From: Macrostomum lignano
Lineage: Eukaryota
Assembly (NCBI GenBank): GCA_002269645.1
Contig: NIVC01001803.1
Location: 97,952-161,951 of the forward strand
Length of the DNA stretch: 64,000 bases
Reading direction: 5' to 3'
The notes under the pieces are model-generated. The model had not been told where the DNA came from, did not search any database, and saw only the letters and a list, made by a program, of their open reading frames with translations. A program made the position numbers and the translations under genes. This document shows, one piece after another, positions 35,301 to 48,469 of the stretch (its first letter is position 1; each line of letters opens with the position of its first letter).

Positions 35301-38300
35301 CTTGTTCCCGCAGATCTCAATAAAGATTTGGCTTGAAAAGATCACTTTCTCTCTCTGAGCTGTTGTGAATTCCTGCTTGTTCCCGCAGATCTCAATAAAG
35401 ATTTGGCTTGAAAAGATCACTTTCTCTCTCTGAGCTGTTGTGAATTCCTGCTTGTTCCCGCAGATCTCAATAAAGATTTGGCTTGAAAAGATCACTTTCT
35501 CTCTCTGAGCTGTTGTGAATTCCTGCTTGTTCCCGCAGATCTCAATAAAGATTTGGCTTGAAAAGATCACTTTCTCTCTCTGAGCTGTTGTGAATTCCTG
35601 CTTGTTCCCGCAGATCTCAATAAAGATTTGGCTTGAAAAGATCACTTTCTCTCTCTGAGCTGTTGTGAATTCCTGCTTGTTCCCGCAGATCTCAATAAAG
35701 ATTTGGCTTGAAAAGATCACTTTCTCTCTCTGAGCTGTTGTGAATTCCTGCTTGTTCCCGCAGATCTCAATAAAGATTTGGCTTGAAAAGATCACTTTCT
35801 CTCTCTGAGCTGTTGTGAATTCCTGCTTGTTCCCGCAGATCTCAATAAAGATTTGGCTTGAAAAGATCACTTTCTCTCTCTGAGCTGTTGTGAATTCCTG
35901 CTTGTTCCCGCAGATCTCAATAAAGATTTGGCTTGAAAAGATCACTTTCTCTCTCTGAGCTGTTGTGAATTCCTGCTTGTTCCCGCAGATCTCAATAAAG
36001 ATTTGGCTTGAAAAGATCACTTTCTCTCTCTGAGCTGTTGTGAATTCCTGCTTGTTCCCGCAGATCTCAATAAAGATTTGGCTTGAAAAGATCACTTTCT
36101 CTCTCTGAGCTGTTGTGAATTCCTGCTTGTTCCCGCAGATCTCAATAAAGATTTGGCTTGAAAAGATCACTTTCTCTCTCTGAGCTGTTGTGAATTCCTG
36201 CTTGTTCCCGCAGATCTCAATAAAGATTTGGCTTGAAAAGATCACTTTCTCTCTCTGAGCTGTTGTGAATTCCTGCTTGTTCCCGCAGATCTCAATAAAG
36301 ATTTGGCTTGAAAAGATCACTTTCTCTCTCTGAGCTGTTGTGAATTCCTGCTTGTTCCCGCAGATCTCAATAAAGATTTGGCTTGAAAAGATCACTTTCT
36401 CTCTCTGAGCTGTTGTGAATTCCTGCTTGTTCCCGCAGATCTCAATAAAGATTTGGCTTGAAAAGATCACTTTCTCTCTCTGAGCTGTTGTGAATTCCTG
36501 CTTGTTCCCGCAGATCTCAATAAAGATTTGGCTTGAAAAGATCACTTTCTCTCTCTGAGCTGTTGTGAATTCCTGCTTGTTCCCGCAGATCTCAATAAAG
36601 ATTTGGCTTGAAAAGATCACTTTCTCTCTCTGAGCTGTTGTGAATTCCTGCTTGTTCCCGCAGATCTCAATAAAGATTTGGCTTGAAAAGATCACTTTCT
36701 CTCTCTGAGCTGTTGTGAATTCCTGCTTGTTCCCGCAGATCTCAATAAAGATTTGGCTTGAAAAGATCACTTTCTCTCTCTGAGCTGTTGTGAATTCCTG
36801 CTTGTTCCCGCAGATCTCAATAAAGATTTGGCTTGAAAAGATCACTTTCTCTCTCTGAGCTGTTGTGAATTCCTGCTTGTTCCCGCAGATCTCAATAAAG
36901 ATTTGGCTTGAAAAGATCACTTTCTCTCTCTGAGCTGTTGTGAATTCCTGCTTGTTCCCGCAGATCTCAATAAAGATTTGGCTTGAAAAGATCACTTTCT
37001 CTCTCTGAGCTGTTGTGAATTCCTGCTTGTTCCCGCAGATCTCAATAAAGATTTGGCTTGAAAAGATCACTTTCTCTCTCTGAGCTGTTGTGAATTCCTG
37101 CTTGTTCCCGCAGATCTCAATAAAGATTTGGCTTGAAAAGATCACTTTCTCTCTCTGAGCTGTTGTGAATTCCTGCTTGTTCCCGCAGATCTCAATAAAG
37201 ATTTGGCTTGAAAAGATCACTTTCTCTCTCTGAGCTGTTGTGAATTCCTGCTTGTTCCCGCAGATCTCAATAAAGATTTGGCTTGAAAAGATCACTTTCT
37301 CTCTCTGAGCTGTTGTGAATTCCTGCTTGTTCCCGCAGATCTCAATAAAGATTTGGCTTGAAAAGATCACTTTCTCTCTCTGAGCTGTTGTGAATTCCTG
37401 CTTGTTCCCGCAGATCTCAATAAAGATTTGGCTTGAAAAGATCACTTTCTCTCTCTGAGCTGTTGTGAATTCCTGCTTGTTCCCGCAGATCTCAATAAAG
37501 ATTTGGCTTGAAAAGATCACTTTCTCTCTCTGAGCTGTTGTGAATTCCTGCTTGTTCCCGCAGATCTCAATAAAGATTTGGCTTGAAAAGATCACTTTCT
37601 CTCTCTGAGCTGTTGTGAATTCCTGCTTGTTCCCGCAGATCTCAATAAAGATTTGGCTTGAAAAGATCACTTTCTCTCTCTGAGCTGTTGTGAATTCCTG
37701 CTTGTTCCCGCAGATCTCAATAAAGATTTGGCTTGAAAAGATCACTTTCTCTCTCTGAGCTGTTGTGAATTCCTGCTTGTTCCCGCAGATCTCAATAAAG
37801 ATTTGGCTTGAAAAGATCACTTTCTCTCTCTGAGCTGTTGTGAATTCCTGCTTGTTCCCGCAGATCTCAATAAAGATTTGGCTTGAAAAGATCACTTTCT
37901 CTCTCTGAGCTGTTGTGAATTCCTGCTTGTTCCCGCAGATCTCAATAAAGATTTGGCTTGAAAAGATCACTTTCTCTCTCTGAGCTGTTGTGAATTCCTG
38001 CTTGTTCCCGCAGATCTCAATAAAGATTTGGCTTGAAAAGATCACTTTCTCTCTCTGAGCTGTTGTGAATTCCTGCTTGTTCCCGCAGATCTCAATAAAG
38101 ATTAGGCTTGAAAAGATCACTTTCTCTCTCTGAGCTGTTGTGAATTCCTGCTTGTTCCCGCAGATCTCAATAAAGATTTGGCTTGAAAAGATCACTTTCT
38201 CTCTCTGAGCTGTTGTGAATTCCTGCTTGTTCCCGCAGATCTCAATAAAGATTAGGCTTGAAAAGATCACTTTCTCTCTCTGAGCTGTTGTGAATTCCTG

Positions 38301-38424
38301 CTTGTTCCCGCAGATCTCAATAAAGATTTGGCTTGAAAAGATCACTTTCTCTCTCTGAGCTGTTGTGAATTCCTGCTTGTTCCCGCAGATCTCAATAAAC
38401 ATTTGGCTTGAAAAGATCACTTTC
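32354..38424. repeat. 75-bp satellite, ~81 nearly identical copies
   Basis: Unit TGAGCTGTTGTGAATTCCTGCTTGTTCCCGCAGATCTCAATAAAGATTTGGCTTGAAAAGATCACTTTCTCTCTC. The only variants seen are in three of the last five copies (GATTAGG twice, AAACATT once). Confidence 0.97.
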
Positions 38425-38719
38425 TGTTTTACCAGTGTTCTAAACTCAGAAACATTAAGAATACTCGTATCAGGTTTCAAAGTGCTGATTTGGATTTTGC
38501 TCACGTAACAGAGGACAAAAATTGGAGGAAAAGGCGACGACAGGTACATGTACTTTCGGTGAAGTTAACCATTCTAACCAACGAAAGAAATAACAGTGCA
38601 GCATTGATCCATGAGAAAAAACTGCCGTTAGAGCAGGCCCAGCCCCCTCCCCAGGTCAGGAGGCGGTCAATCGAAATATTTTCTGCCAGGCTCAGCCCCT
38701 CAACTTCTGGTTAGTAGAA

Positions 38720-39200
38720 AGTAGCGCGTTCTTCTCTTCTCTTTTCTGGGTCAGTACGGAAAGTCAAGGCCGCTGTGCACCCAGTGTGAGTGTGTGCAGA
38801 GTGCGTGTCTGCGTACAGAATTGGCGCGCTTTTATGCGTTCAGGAGTCTGCGGAATGTGCAGAATTGCCTCAGCGCTGGTTGGGTGACAGGAAGTCGTCG
38901 AAGGCGTTTCGTCAGGGTGCCCGCAGCCTTCCTGCAATAATAAGCCATCATTGTCGGACAAAGAGTTGCCAATTGCTACTTATGGCATGAAGTGAAGACT
39001 TCATCAGCTGGTCTCACGAGTTCCCTCACGAGTTAGCCGCCTGCTCAGAAGGAGCCTCTCCAGCTCTGCCCTCGTTTGCCGAATCGTAGGTTCATCCTGA
39101 AAGACCGGCTGCTTACGTTGGGCCGGTCGCATCAACGGGGTCGCTTGCTTCGCCACGGCTCTGACCGCGGCATTTACCCCCGTGTACTCAGCAGTGTCAG
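38720..39200 (-). mobile_element. Degraded 3' end of a non-LTR retrotransposon (possibly RNase H-containing)
   Basis: GVNAAVRAVAKQAT resembles the RNase H end GNExADxxAKxA. A frameshifted YCRK/GCGHPDETP resembles the C-terminal CCHC motif. An AGAAGAGAAGAA tail-like sequence follows. The match is weak and by eye only. Confidence 0.35.
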
Positions 39201-40385
39201 CAACTCCCCCCATTGAGCCATGGCATCTCAGCAAATCCCCATTGAGCCATGGCATCTCAGCAACTCCCCCCATTGAGCCATGGCATCTCAGCAAATCCCC
39301 ATTGAGCCATGGCATCTCAGCAACTCCCCCCATTGAGCCATGGCATCTCAGCAAATCCCCATTGAGCCATGGCATCTCAGCAACTCCCCCCATTGAGCCA
39401 TGGCATCTCAGCAAATCCCCATTGAGCCATGGCATCTCAGCAACTCCCCATTGAGCCATGGCATCTCAGCAACTCCCCCCATTGAGCCATGGCATCTCAG
39501 CAAATCCCCATTGAGCCATGGCATCTCAGCAACTCCCCACAGATCCATGGCATCTCAGCAACTCCCCACAGATCCATGGCATCTCAGCAACTCCCCACAG
39601 ATCCATGGCATCTCAGCAACTCCCCACAGATCCATGGCATCTCAGCAACTCCCCACTGATCCATGGCATCTCAGCAACTCCCCACTGATCCATGGCATCT
39701 CAGCAACTCCCCACTGAGCCATGGCATTTCAGCAACTCCCCACTGATCCATGGCATCTCAGCAACTCCCCACTGAGCCATGGCATCTCAGCAACTCCCCA
39801 CTGAGCCATGGCATTTCAGCAACTCCCCACTGATCCATGGCATCTCAGCAACTCCCCACTGAGCCATGGCATCTCAGCAACTCCCCACTGATCCATGGCA
39901 TCTCAGCAACTCCCCACTGAGCCATGGCATTTCAGCAACTCCCCACTGATCCATGGCATCTCAGCAACTCCCCACTGAGCCATGGCATCTCAGCAACTCC
40001 CCACTGAGCCATGGCATCTCAGCAACTCCCCACTGAGCCATGGCATCTCAGCAACTCCCCACTGAGCCATGGCATCTCAGCAACTCCCCACTGAGCCATG
40101 GCATCTCAGCAACTCCCCACTGAGCTATGGCATCTCAGCAACTCCCCACTGAGCCATGGCATCTCAGCAACTCCCCACTGAGCCATGGCATCTCAGCAAC
40201 TCCCCACTGAGCCATGGCATCTCAGCAACTCCCCACTGAGCCATGGCATCTCAGCAACTCCCCACTGAGCTATGGCATCTCAGCAACTCCCCACTGAGCC
40301 ATGGCATCTCAGCAACTCCCCACTGAGCCATGGCATCTCAGCAACTCCCCACTGATCCAGGGCATCCCAGCAACTCATCACTGAT
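39197..40385. repeat. 26-30-bp minisatellite with positional variant gradient
   Basis: GAGCCATGGCATCTCAGCAACTCCCC(C)ATT units on the left, CAGATCC variants in the middle, CACTGAGCC variants on the right. Confidence 0.95.
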
Positions 40386-40874
40386 CCATCGCGTCAATTA
40401 TGCCAACAGAGATTAAAAATGAACTGCACTAAACAAACTCCAAACGCGTCAAGAATTGAAGGTCCTGTGTGCAACAGTAAAATCAGTTCTGCGAATAGGA
40501 GACACAAAGAGCAGGTGAGCCACTACATACATAAACATTTATTTATTGTTGAATAATAAAGAAAGAATTACTAAATCCCACAGGATCCAACGATGGATCA
40601 AGAGAAAATAAAAAGTTTTATTAAAGAGTAAGAAAAGCGCAGACACAAGAATCGAGGAATCAGCCCCAACAGCTACAGCGCTAATATGCTGAAATTTAGT
40701 TTAATCAATTCGAACGTGCCAGAAAGTCTATATTAATGTAATTAATAAGGTATAATAATGTTATGCTACCTTATTGAATAACAACAGCCAGTTATCAGTT
40801 GGTTAGACTAAACAAAGAATAGTTATTAAGCTTTCTAATGGTTGAATTTTATTAACTGTGCCGCCTGGTTTGCT

Positions 40875-42791
40875 GATAATTCTGTAGACTAAGAGCAATT
40901 CTACCTGTAGACTAAGGGAAATTCTACTGTAGACTAAGGGCAATTCTACCTGTAGACTAAGGGCAATTCTACCTGTAGACTAAGGGCAATTCTACCTGTA
41001 GACTAAGGACAATTCTACCTGTAGACTAAGGGCAATTCTACCTGTAGACTAAGGGCAATTCTACCTGTAGACTAAGGGCAATTCTACCTGTAGACTAAGG
41101 GCAATTCTACTGTAGACTAAGGGCAATTCTACCTGTAGACTAAGGGCAATTCTACCTGTAGACCAAGGGCAATTCTACCTGTAGACTAAGGGCAATTCTA
41201 CCTGTAGACTAAGAGCAATTCTACCTGTAGACTAAGGGCAATTCTACAGTAGACTAAGGGCAATTCTACCTGTAGACTAAGGGCAATTCTACTGTAGACT
41301 AAGGGCAATTCTACCTGTAGACTAAGGGCAATTCTACTGTAGACTAAGGGCAATTCTACCTGTAGACTAAGGGCAATTCTACCTGTAGACCAAGGGCAAT
41401 TCTACCTGTAGACTAAGGGCAATTCTAACCTGTAGACTAAGGGCAATTCTACCTGTAGACTAAGGGCAATTCTACCTGTAGACTAAGGGCAATTCTACCT
41501 GTAGACTAAGAGCAATTCTACCTGTAGACTAAGGGCAATTCTACCTGTAGACTAAGAGCAATTCTACCTGTAGACTAAGGGCAATTCTACCTGTAGACTA
41601 AGAGCAATTCTACCTGTAGACTAAGAGCAATTCTACCTGTAGAATAAGAGCAATTCTACCTGTAGACTAAGGGCAATTCTACCTGTAGACTAAGAGCAAT
41701 TCTACCTGTAGACTAAGAGCAATTCTACCTGTAGACTAAGAGCAATTCTACCTGTAGACTAAGGGCAATTCTACCTGTAGACTAAGAGCAATTCTACCTG
41801 TAGACTAAGGGCAATTCTACCTGTAGACTAAGGGCAATTCTACCTGTAGACTAAGAGCAATTCTACCTGAAGACTAAGGGCAATTCTACCTGTAGACTAA
41901 GAGCAATTCTACCTGTAGACTAAGGGCAATTCTACCTGTAGACTAAGGGCAATTCTACATGTAGACTAAGAGCAATTCTACCTGTAGACTAAGGGCAATT
42001 CTACCTGTAGACCAAGGGCAATTCTACCTGTAGACTAAGAGCAATTCTACCTGTAGACTAAGGGCAATTCTACCTGTAGACTAAGGGCAATTCTACCTGT
42101 AGACTAAGGGCAATTCTACCTGTAGACTAAGAGCAATTCTACCTGTAGACTAAGGGCAATTCTACCTGTAGACTAAGGGCAATTCTACCTGTAGACTAAG
42201 GGCAATTCTACCTGTAGACTAAGGGCAATTCTACCTGTAGACTAAGGGCAATTCTACATGTAGACTAAGAGCAATTCTACCTGTAGACTAAGGGCAATTC
42301 TACCTGTAGACCAAGGGCAATTCTACCTGTAGACTAAGGGCAATTCTACCTGTAGACTAAGGGCAATTCTACCTGTAGACTAAGGGCAATTCTACCTGTA
42401 GACCAAGGGCAATTCTACCTGTAGACCAAGGGCAATTCTACCTGTAGACCAAGGGCAATTCTACCTGTAGACTAAGGGCAATTCTACCTGTAGACTAAGG
42501 GCAATTCTACCTGTAGACTAAAGGCAATTCTACCTGTAGACTAAGAGCAATTCTACCTGTAGACTAAGGGCAATTCTACCTGTAGACCAAGGGCAATTCT
42601 ACCTGTAGACTAAGGGCAATTCTACCTGTAGACTAAGGGCAATTCTACATGTAGACTAAGGGCAATTCTACCTGTAGACTAAGGGCAATTCTACCTGTAG
42701 ACTTAGGGTAATTCTACCTGTAGACTAAGGGCAATTCTACCTGTAGACCAAGGGCAATTCTACCTATAGACTAAGGGCAATTCTACCTGTA
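40875..42791. repeat. 23-bp minisatellite (~83 copies)
   Basis: Unit GTAGACTAAGGGCAATTCTACCT, head-to-tail with no spacers. Confidence 0.96.
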
Positions 42792-44319
42792 TAATAAAGA
42801 CGAGTATTGGCTGTTATCAGAACAGACAGCACAGTTCAGCAAATAGTCAATTCAATCGCATTCATAAAAAGGCACAGTTAAAACTCCACCAGCTCAGAAT
42901 TAAACAGTGAGTAGCCAGTATCACCTAGTTAAAACTGAATTAACAAACCAGAATAATATCGATGTTTTAGGAGAAGCACAGAATATGTAATTAAAAATTA
43001 TTAAAAGGTAAAAATACACACGGACCAAATGGTGAAGGTTTGTAAAAAATCGCCTAAGCGGGTACATGGAGCTACAGACTCGATAAAGCAGTCAGTCTAT
43101 GGCTACAGTGCAAGAGCAGTTCAGGGACACCCAGGATAAACTTTTAACCAGATGAAACTATAAATAACTGAATTAGGAATTAGTTCAAGGAGGGTCACCA
43201 ATGACCTGACAGAGGGGTCAAGGAGCGTCAGCAATGACCTGAAAAAGAGGGGTCAGGGAGGGTCACAAAGTCTGTAAATGGGGGTCAGGGGGGTCACAAA
43301 GCCTGCAGATGAGGGGTCAGTGGGGTCACAAAGCCTGTAAATATAAAACAAGCTGATTAGTAAATAAACACAGCTTTAGCCTTACTACGTGATTAAGCTT
43401 AATGACCCAAATTAAAATCCTAAAATCACCTAATAAATAGAGGTAATTAACCAGCATAAAATTATTTAATAGCAGCACATTATTTTTTATAATTAGCTTA
43501 GAACGGATAAAAAGCTTAAAAAGATGCGCGTCAGTTTGAAATCAACCAAAAAACCCGAGATACTACTAAAAAAACAATCGCTATTCACAACAGACTACTA
43601 CCAAAAGTAGTACGCTTAATAAAATGTGCTTAAAATTTGATTAGACGATAAAAAACACCAAAATTTAATTTTTTGAATAGACACCCGCCTAAAATCAATA
43701 CCGAAGAAAAACACTGCAGCTCAGGACACATGATAAGAACACACCAGAACAGCAGACTGCATATTGGATAAGCGAGTGGTGGAACAGACTCAATTAAACA
43801 GAGGTAAAAATATTACAGCAGACCGATACTTGTGCAAAACAGACCGCTTACAATACAGATTTTGTATAGTATAAAAACTCCATCAGAGCAGCTGGATCAG
43901 GCGGACACCAAGCTAATCAAGTTGTCAATTTGAAAACAAGAACCAAACGCAGAAACGCAATTATAGAAAGTTTATATTATAGCAAATAAACGCACAACAG
44001 AAGCCTACGGCAGATTGGAGAGAATTATTAACAGAAATTAAGCTCGGCCCACCAGGAGCCGCGAACGCAGCGCGAGCAGTCAATGCATTAATAATTAATA
44101 CTTAATGCGAATCAGTGAGCTGGCAGCAGATTGAGGGATGGTCAGTTGAGAAGCGGCGTAAGCGAGGTGCGGCTTCCAGTGGTATGACGTCATCACAGGA
44201 GGCTGGAACCTTCAAGTAGTGACCGACCGGCACAGCAAGGCGAACCGCCTCTGCCCCGGGACTGTGGGTGAGACTGAGAGACAGACGGAGAGAGGGGCTG
44301 TGGTTGAGGCTCTGGAAGG

Positions 44320-45199
44320 CTGGCCCAGCAACTGAGGATCTGGGAGGCTGGTGGCCCAGCAACTGAGTATCTGGGAGGCTGGCCCAGCAACTGGGGATCT
44401 GGGAGGCTGGTGGCCCAGCAACTGAGTATCTGGGAGGCTGGTGGCCCAGCAACTGAGGATCTGGGAGGCTGGTGGCCCAGCAACTGAGTAACTGGGAGGC
44501 TGGTGGCCCAGCAACTGAGGATCTGGGAGGCTGGTGGCCCAGCAACTGAGTATCTGGGAGGCTGGTGGCCCAGCAACTGAGGATCTGGGAGGCTGGTGGC
44601 CCAGCAACTGAGGATCTGGGAGGCTGGCCCAGCAACTGAGGATCTGGGAGGCTGGTGGCCTAGCAACTGAGGATCTGGGAGGCTGGTGGCCCAGCAACTG
44701 AGGATCTGGGAGGCTGGTGGCCCAGCAACTGAGGATCTGGGAGGCTGGTGGCCCAGCAACTGAGGATCTGGGAGGCTGGCCCAGCAACTGAGGATCTGGG
44801 AGGCTGGCCCAGCAACTGAGGATCTGGGAGGCTGGTGGCCCAGAAACTGAGGATCTGGGAGGCTGGCCCAGCAACTGAGGATCTGGGAGGCTGGTGGCCC
44901 AGAAACTGAGGATCTGGGAGGCTGGCCCAGCAACTGAGGATCTGGGAGGCTGGCCCAGCAACTGAGGATCTGGGAGGCTGGTGGCCTAGCAACTGAGGAT
45001 CTGGGAGGCTGGTGGCCCAGCAACTGAGGATCTGGGAGGCTGGTGGCCCAGCAATTGAGGATCTGGGAGGCTGGTGGCCCAGCAACTGAGGATCTGGGAG
45101 GCTGGCCCAGCAACTGAGGATCTGGGAGGCTGGCCCAGCAACTGAGGATCTGGGAGGCAGGCCCAGCAACTGAGGATCTGGGAGGCTGGCCCAGCAACT
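44320..45199. repeat. 28/31-bp minisatellite
   Basis: Unit GGCCCAGCAACTGAGGATCTGGGAGGCT(GGT). Confidence 0.95.
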
Positions 45200-45564
45200 A
45201 AGTTTCTGGAACGGTGTGGACTACATCAGGGCTCTTCAGTAAGGCAGCTCAGCCTGAGAATATGGTTAAACACTCTGCGGTCTGTCTCCCATATTCTAAC
45301 AGAAATCAACCAGGATGCGAAATCAAAAACCTCAGGACAGATTGACGCAACGGAAAAATCCAGAAGACAGGAAGCGGATTCTACACTCGCAGGCTACATA
45401 TCGGCTAATAATAAGCTAATAATTAATAACTGAAACGATAATTATTGGGACTGATTAAGCGTTTCCTTGAAATCCGACAAAAAACCAAAAATAAAAGTGC
45501 GCCAGTTCTGGTTGGCCGATTGGCTCCTCGACTCAACTAGCTCGATCTGGTGAGACACTTTATT

Positions 45565-48461
45565 TTAACGCCAAGCGGGTTGGTACTGCTGGTACTGCTG
45601 CTGTTGCTGCTGCTGCTGTTGTTGTTGGTGCAGAAGATTCCTCAGAGCAGCCGCTTGCTGCTGTTGTTGCTGAGCAGCGTACATCTGCTGCTGCTGTGAC
45701 TGCATCGGCTGCTGCAGGTTCACCACCAGCTTGTCCAGCATGCAGTTCAGATCAGCTGTGGTGGCTCTCTGCTGCTGCTGCTGCTGCTGCTGCTGATGAG
45801 GATGCTGCTGCTGTTGCCATAGCAACTGCAGATGGTAGCTGTGAGCCTCGGCCACGTGGCGGCCGAGATCGCGCCTGTGCCGATTGGCAGCCGGACAGCC
45901 GAAGCTGGCGAAGGGGCAGAGCACCAGGGTGAGCGGGCACGCGCGGTCCACGTGCTCGTGCAGGCGCTGATGGCCGGCCAGCACCCGGCCGCAGCGGTGC
46001 GGACACGGCATGGGGAAATTGGAGCAGCCGAACAGGTAGTGAAAGTTCAGCTGCCGGTAGGGCACCGAGGCGGAGCAGAACACGCAGGCCACCTGGCGCT
46101 CCCGGCAGGCCGCTCGGTGGGCGGCTAAGTCGCAGCGGCGGATGCGGGACTGCGGGATGATCGGCGGGGTGCTGGGTGTACATTGGGTGCCGGGTGTACA
46201 TTGGGTGCTGGGTGTACACTGGTGCTGGGTGTACATTGGGTGCCGGGTTTACATTGGGTGCCGGGTGTACATTGGATGCCGGGTGTACATTGGATGCCAT
46301 GTGTACATTGGGATGGGTGCCCGGTGTACATTGGGTGCCGGGTTTACATTGGGTGCCGGGTGTACATTGGATGCCATGTGTACATTGGGATAGGTGCCCG
46401 GTGTACATTGGGTACCGGGTGTACATTGGGTGCCGGGTGTACATTGGGTGCCGGGTGCACATTGGATGCCAGGTGCACATTGGGTGCCGGGTGTACATTG
46501 GGTGCCGGGTGCACATTGGATGCCAGGTGTAGATTGGGTGCAATGATTCACACTGGGTGCTTGCATGTGCATAATTATGCACACTTGGGAGGCTACAGGT
46601 GCGGATATTTGAGAGCACAATCAAGTACTGGAAACTAAATCCAGCTGGACTGTCGGGTGTACACTGGGCTGAATAGACACGCTGTGGACTCACCTGGCAC
46701 TGCTCGGGGCAGAGCTCCTCCACGAACTGGCAGGCAGTAGCCAGGTGCGATCTCAGGCCGCCCAGCTCCATGGCGGCGCCGCAGCCGGTGCGCGGGCATC
46801 GGACCGTCAGCTGCTGGACCTCGCGCTCCGTGGCCAGATCGTTGAACACGCCAGCGGTCAGGCCGCCGCGGCCAGCAGCCGACGGCCCGACGTCGAGAAT
46901 CGGCGAGCGGCACAGCGGGCAGGCGCGGCGGGCGCCGACAGAGGCTGGGCTTGCGGCGGCGGCAGCTGCTGCTGCTGCGGCTGCCGAAGCTGGCAGAGGC
47001 TGCTGGAACTGATGATGCTGCTGGTGGTGATGAAGGTGCAGGTGCTGATGGTGCAGCTGGAGCGCCGGCTGGACTGTTGAAGCTGCCCCGGAGGTGGTGG
47101 TGGAGGCAGCGGCGGCCGCGGCTGCAGAGAAGAAGCAGCCTCGGCAGAAGCGGTGACCGCAGCAGGTCTGCAGCGGCGACTTCAAGTGTCCGAGGCAGAT
47201 GGGGCACTTCAGCCTGTCCGGCAGGGCGCTGACAAAGTCCGGCTCGTCAGGCTCTGCGGGCTCGCTGGCGCTGAGGCCAGCGACGGCCACGGCGGCTGGG
47301 GGAGCTGGCGATGCTGATGGGAGCTGCGGGAATGCGTGGGAGTGGCTGCGGTTTGTAGGGCACTGACACTGACTGCTGACACTTGTCTCTATGCTGACAC
47401 TAATTGCTGACACTTGACCCCATGCTGACACTGACTTCTGACACTTGTCCCTATGCTGACACTGATTGCTGACACTTGTGCCTATGCTGACACTGACTGC
47501 TGACACTTATCCCTATGCTGACACTGACTGCTTACACTTATCCCTATGCTGACACTGACTGCTGACACGCGTCTCTATGCTGACACTGATTGCTGACACG
47601 CGTCTCTATGCTGACACTGATTGCTGACACTTGACCCTATGCTGACACTGATTGCTGACACTTGTCTCTATGCTGACACTAATTGCTGACACTTGACCTT
47701 ATGCTGACACTAACTGCTGACACGCATCTCTATGCTGACACTGACTGCTGACACTTACCCCTATGCTGACACTGACTGCTGACACTTACCCCTATGCTGA
47801 CACTGACTGCTGACACTACTTATCCCTATGCTGACACCAACTGCTGACACGTGTCTCTATGCTGATACTTATCCCTACACTGACAAAAATTGCTATAATA
47901 TCCCTTTACTGACACTACAAATTATCCTGCTACCGGTAGCTACTGACACTTGTAGGAGCATCCTATCCTGCTAGCTGCTGACACTAATTGCTGACACTAG
48001 TTTCTGACACTAATTGCTGACAATGTATTCTGTCACTGACACTAAATAGCAACCAATTCTATAGATCTAGAACACTGCTGTGATAAGCGAAAATGTAAAT
48101 AAGAAGACCACAAACAGACGAGCACTTAAACAAAGCACTTTGGCGAATTAAACGCATTTAGAAATTGGCTGCAACACAGTTTGATGAAGGAACGCTTAAA
48201 CTGATGAAGCTAAAAAGAGAACAAAATAAACAGTTGGTGCTGGGAGCAACTGAGACAATGAATACTTATAGAAAATAAACTTGCAAACAAATTCAGATAT
48301 TGCAATGCTGCACACGGGGTTTGACAAATATTTTACAGGCTGATCTTTTATTTGCTTTTAGACTGAGACAAGCAATTCAAGATTTGCTAATCATTAGCTG
48401 GCGAACACATTGTGCCGCAATTAAAACTAATAAATTACTGCTGCTGCTGCGAATTCAACAT
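45565..48461 (-). CDS. TRAF-family-like RING/zinc-finger protein without a MATH domain (~419 aa); join(48461..48439 tentative,47345..46694,46149..45565)
   Basis: RING CPICLGHLKSPLQTCCGHRFCRGC..CPLCR (with an Ala/His/Gln insert), then VFNDLATEREVQQLTVRC and TRAF-type zinc fingers (HLATACQFVEELCPEQC, HRAACRERQVACVFC, CPHRC, CPLTLVLCPFASFGC), then a poly-Q tail. The phase-0 intron 46693-46150 is well supported. The 23-nt first exon (MLNSQQQ, phase 2) is tentative. Confidence 0.8.
46170..46550. repeat. 19-bp intronic minisatellite
   Basis: GGGTGTACATTGGGTGCC units inside the TRAF-like intron. Confidence 0.9.
47363..47880. repeat. Intronic GCTGACACT-based minisatellite
   Basis: CTATGCTGACACTGACTGCTGACACTT variants. 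Confidence 0.9.
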
Positions 48462-48469
48462 TGAAGAGA

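Noticed and set aside
32268-38549. 2093-aa ORF
   Set aside because: It is the 75-bp satellite read in its one stop-free frame. The unique ends have no recognisable domain.
38425-38560. ADLDFAHVTEDKIGGKGDDRYM, loosely like a kinase activation segment
   Set aside because: There is no DFG or HRD motif and a stop follows immediately. The similarity is within chance.
40875-42791. The 23-bp unit contains AATTCTAC-CT-GTAGA, reminiscent of the Cas12a direct-repeat hairpin (TCTAC..GTAGA)
   Set aside because: Units are head-to-tail with no unique spacers, there are no cas genes, and the context is eukaryotic. It is a minisatellite with a coincidental stem.
42800-43900. Scattered CR1/L2-like words (SGH, EWWNRL)
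   Set aside because: Too degraded and AT-rich to support a LINE call by eye.
45752-47506. 584-aa ORF as a single protein
   Set aside because: It reads through intronic minisatellites. The real coding parts are 47345-46694 and, in another frame, 46149-45565.
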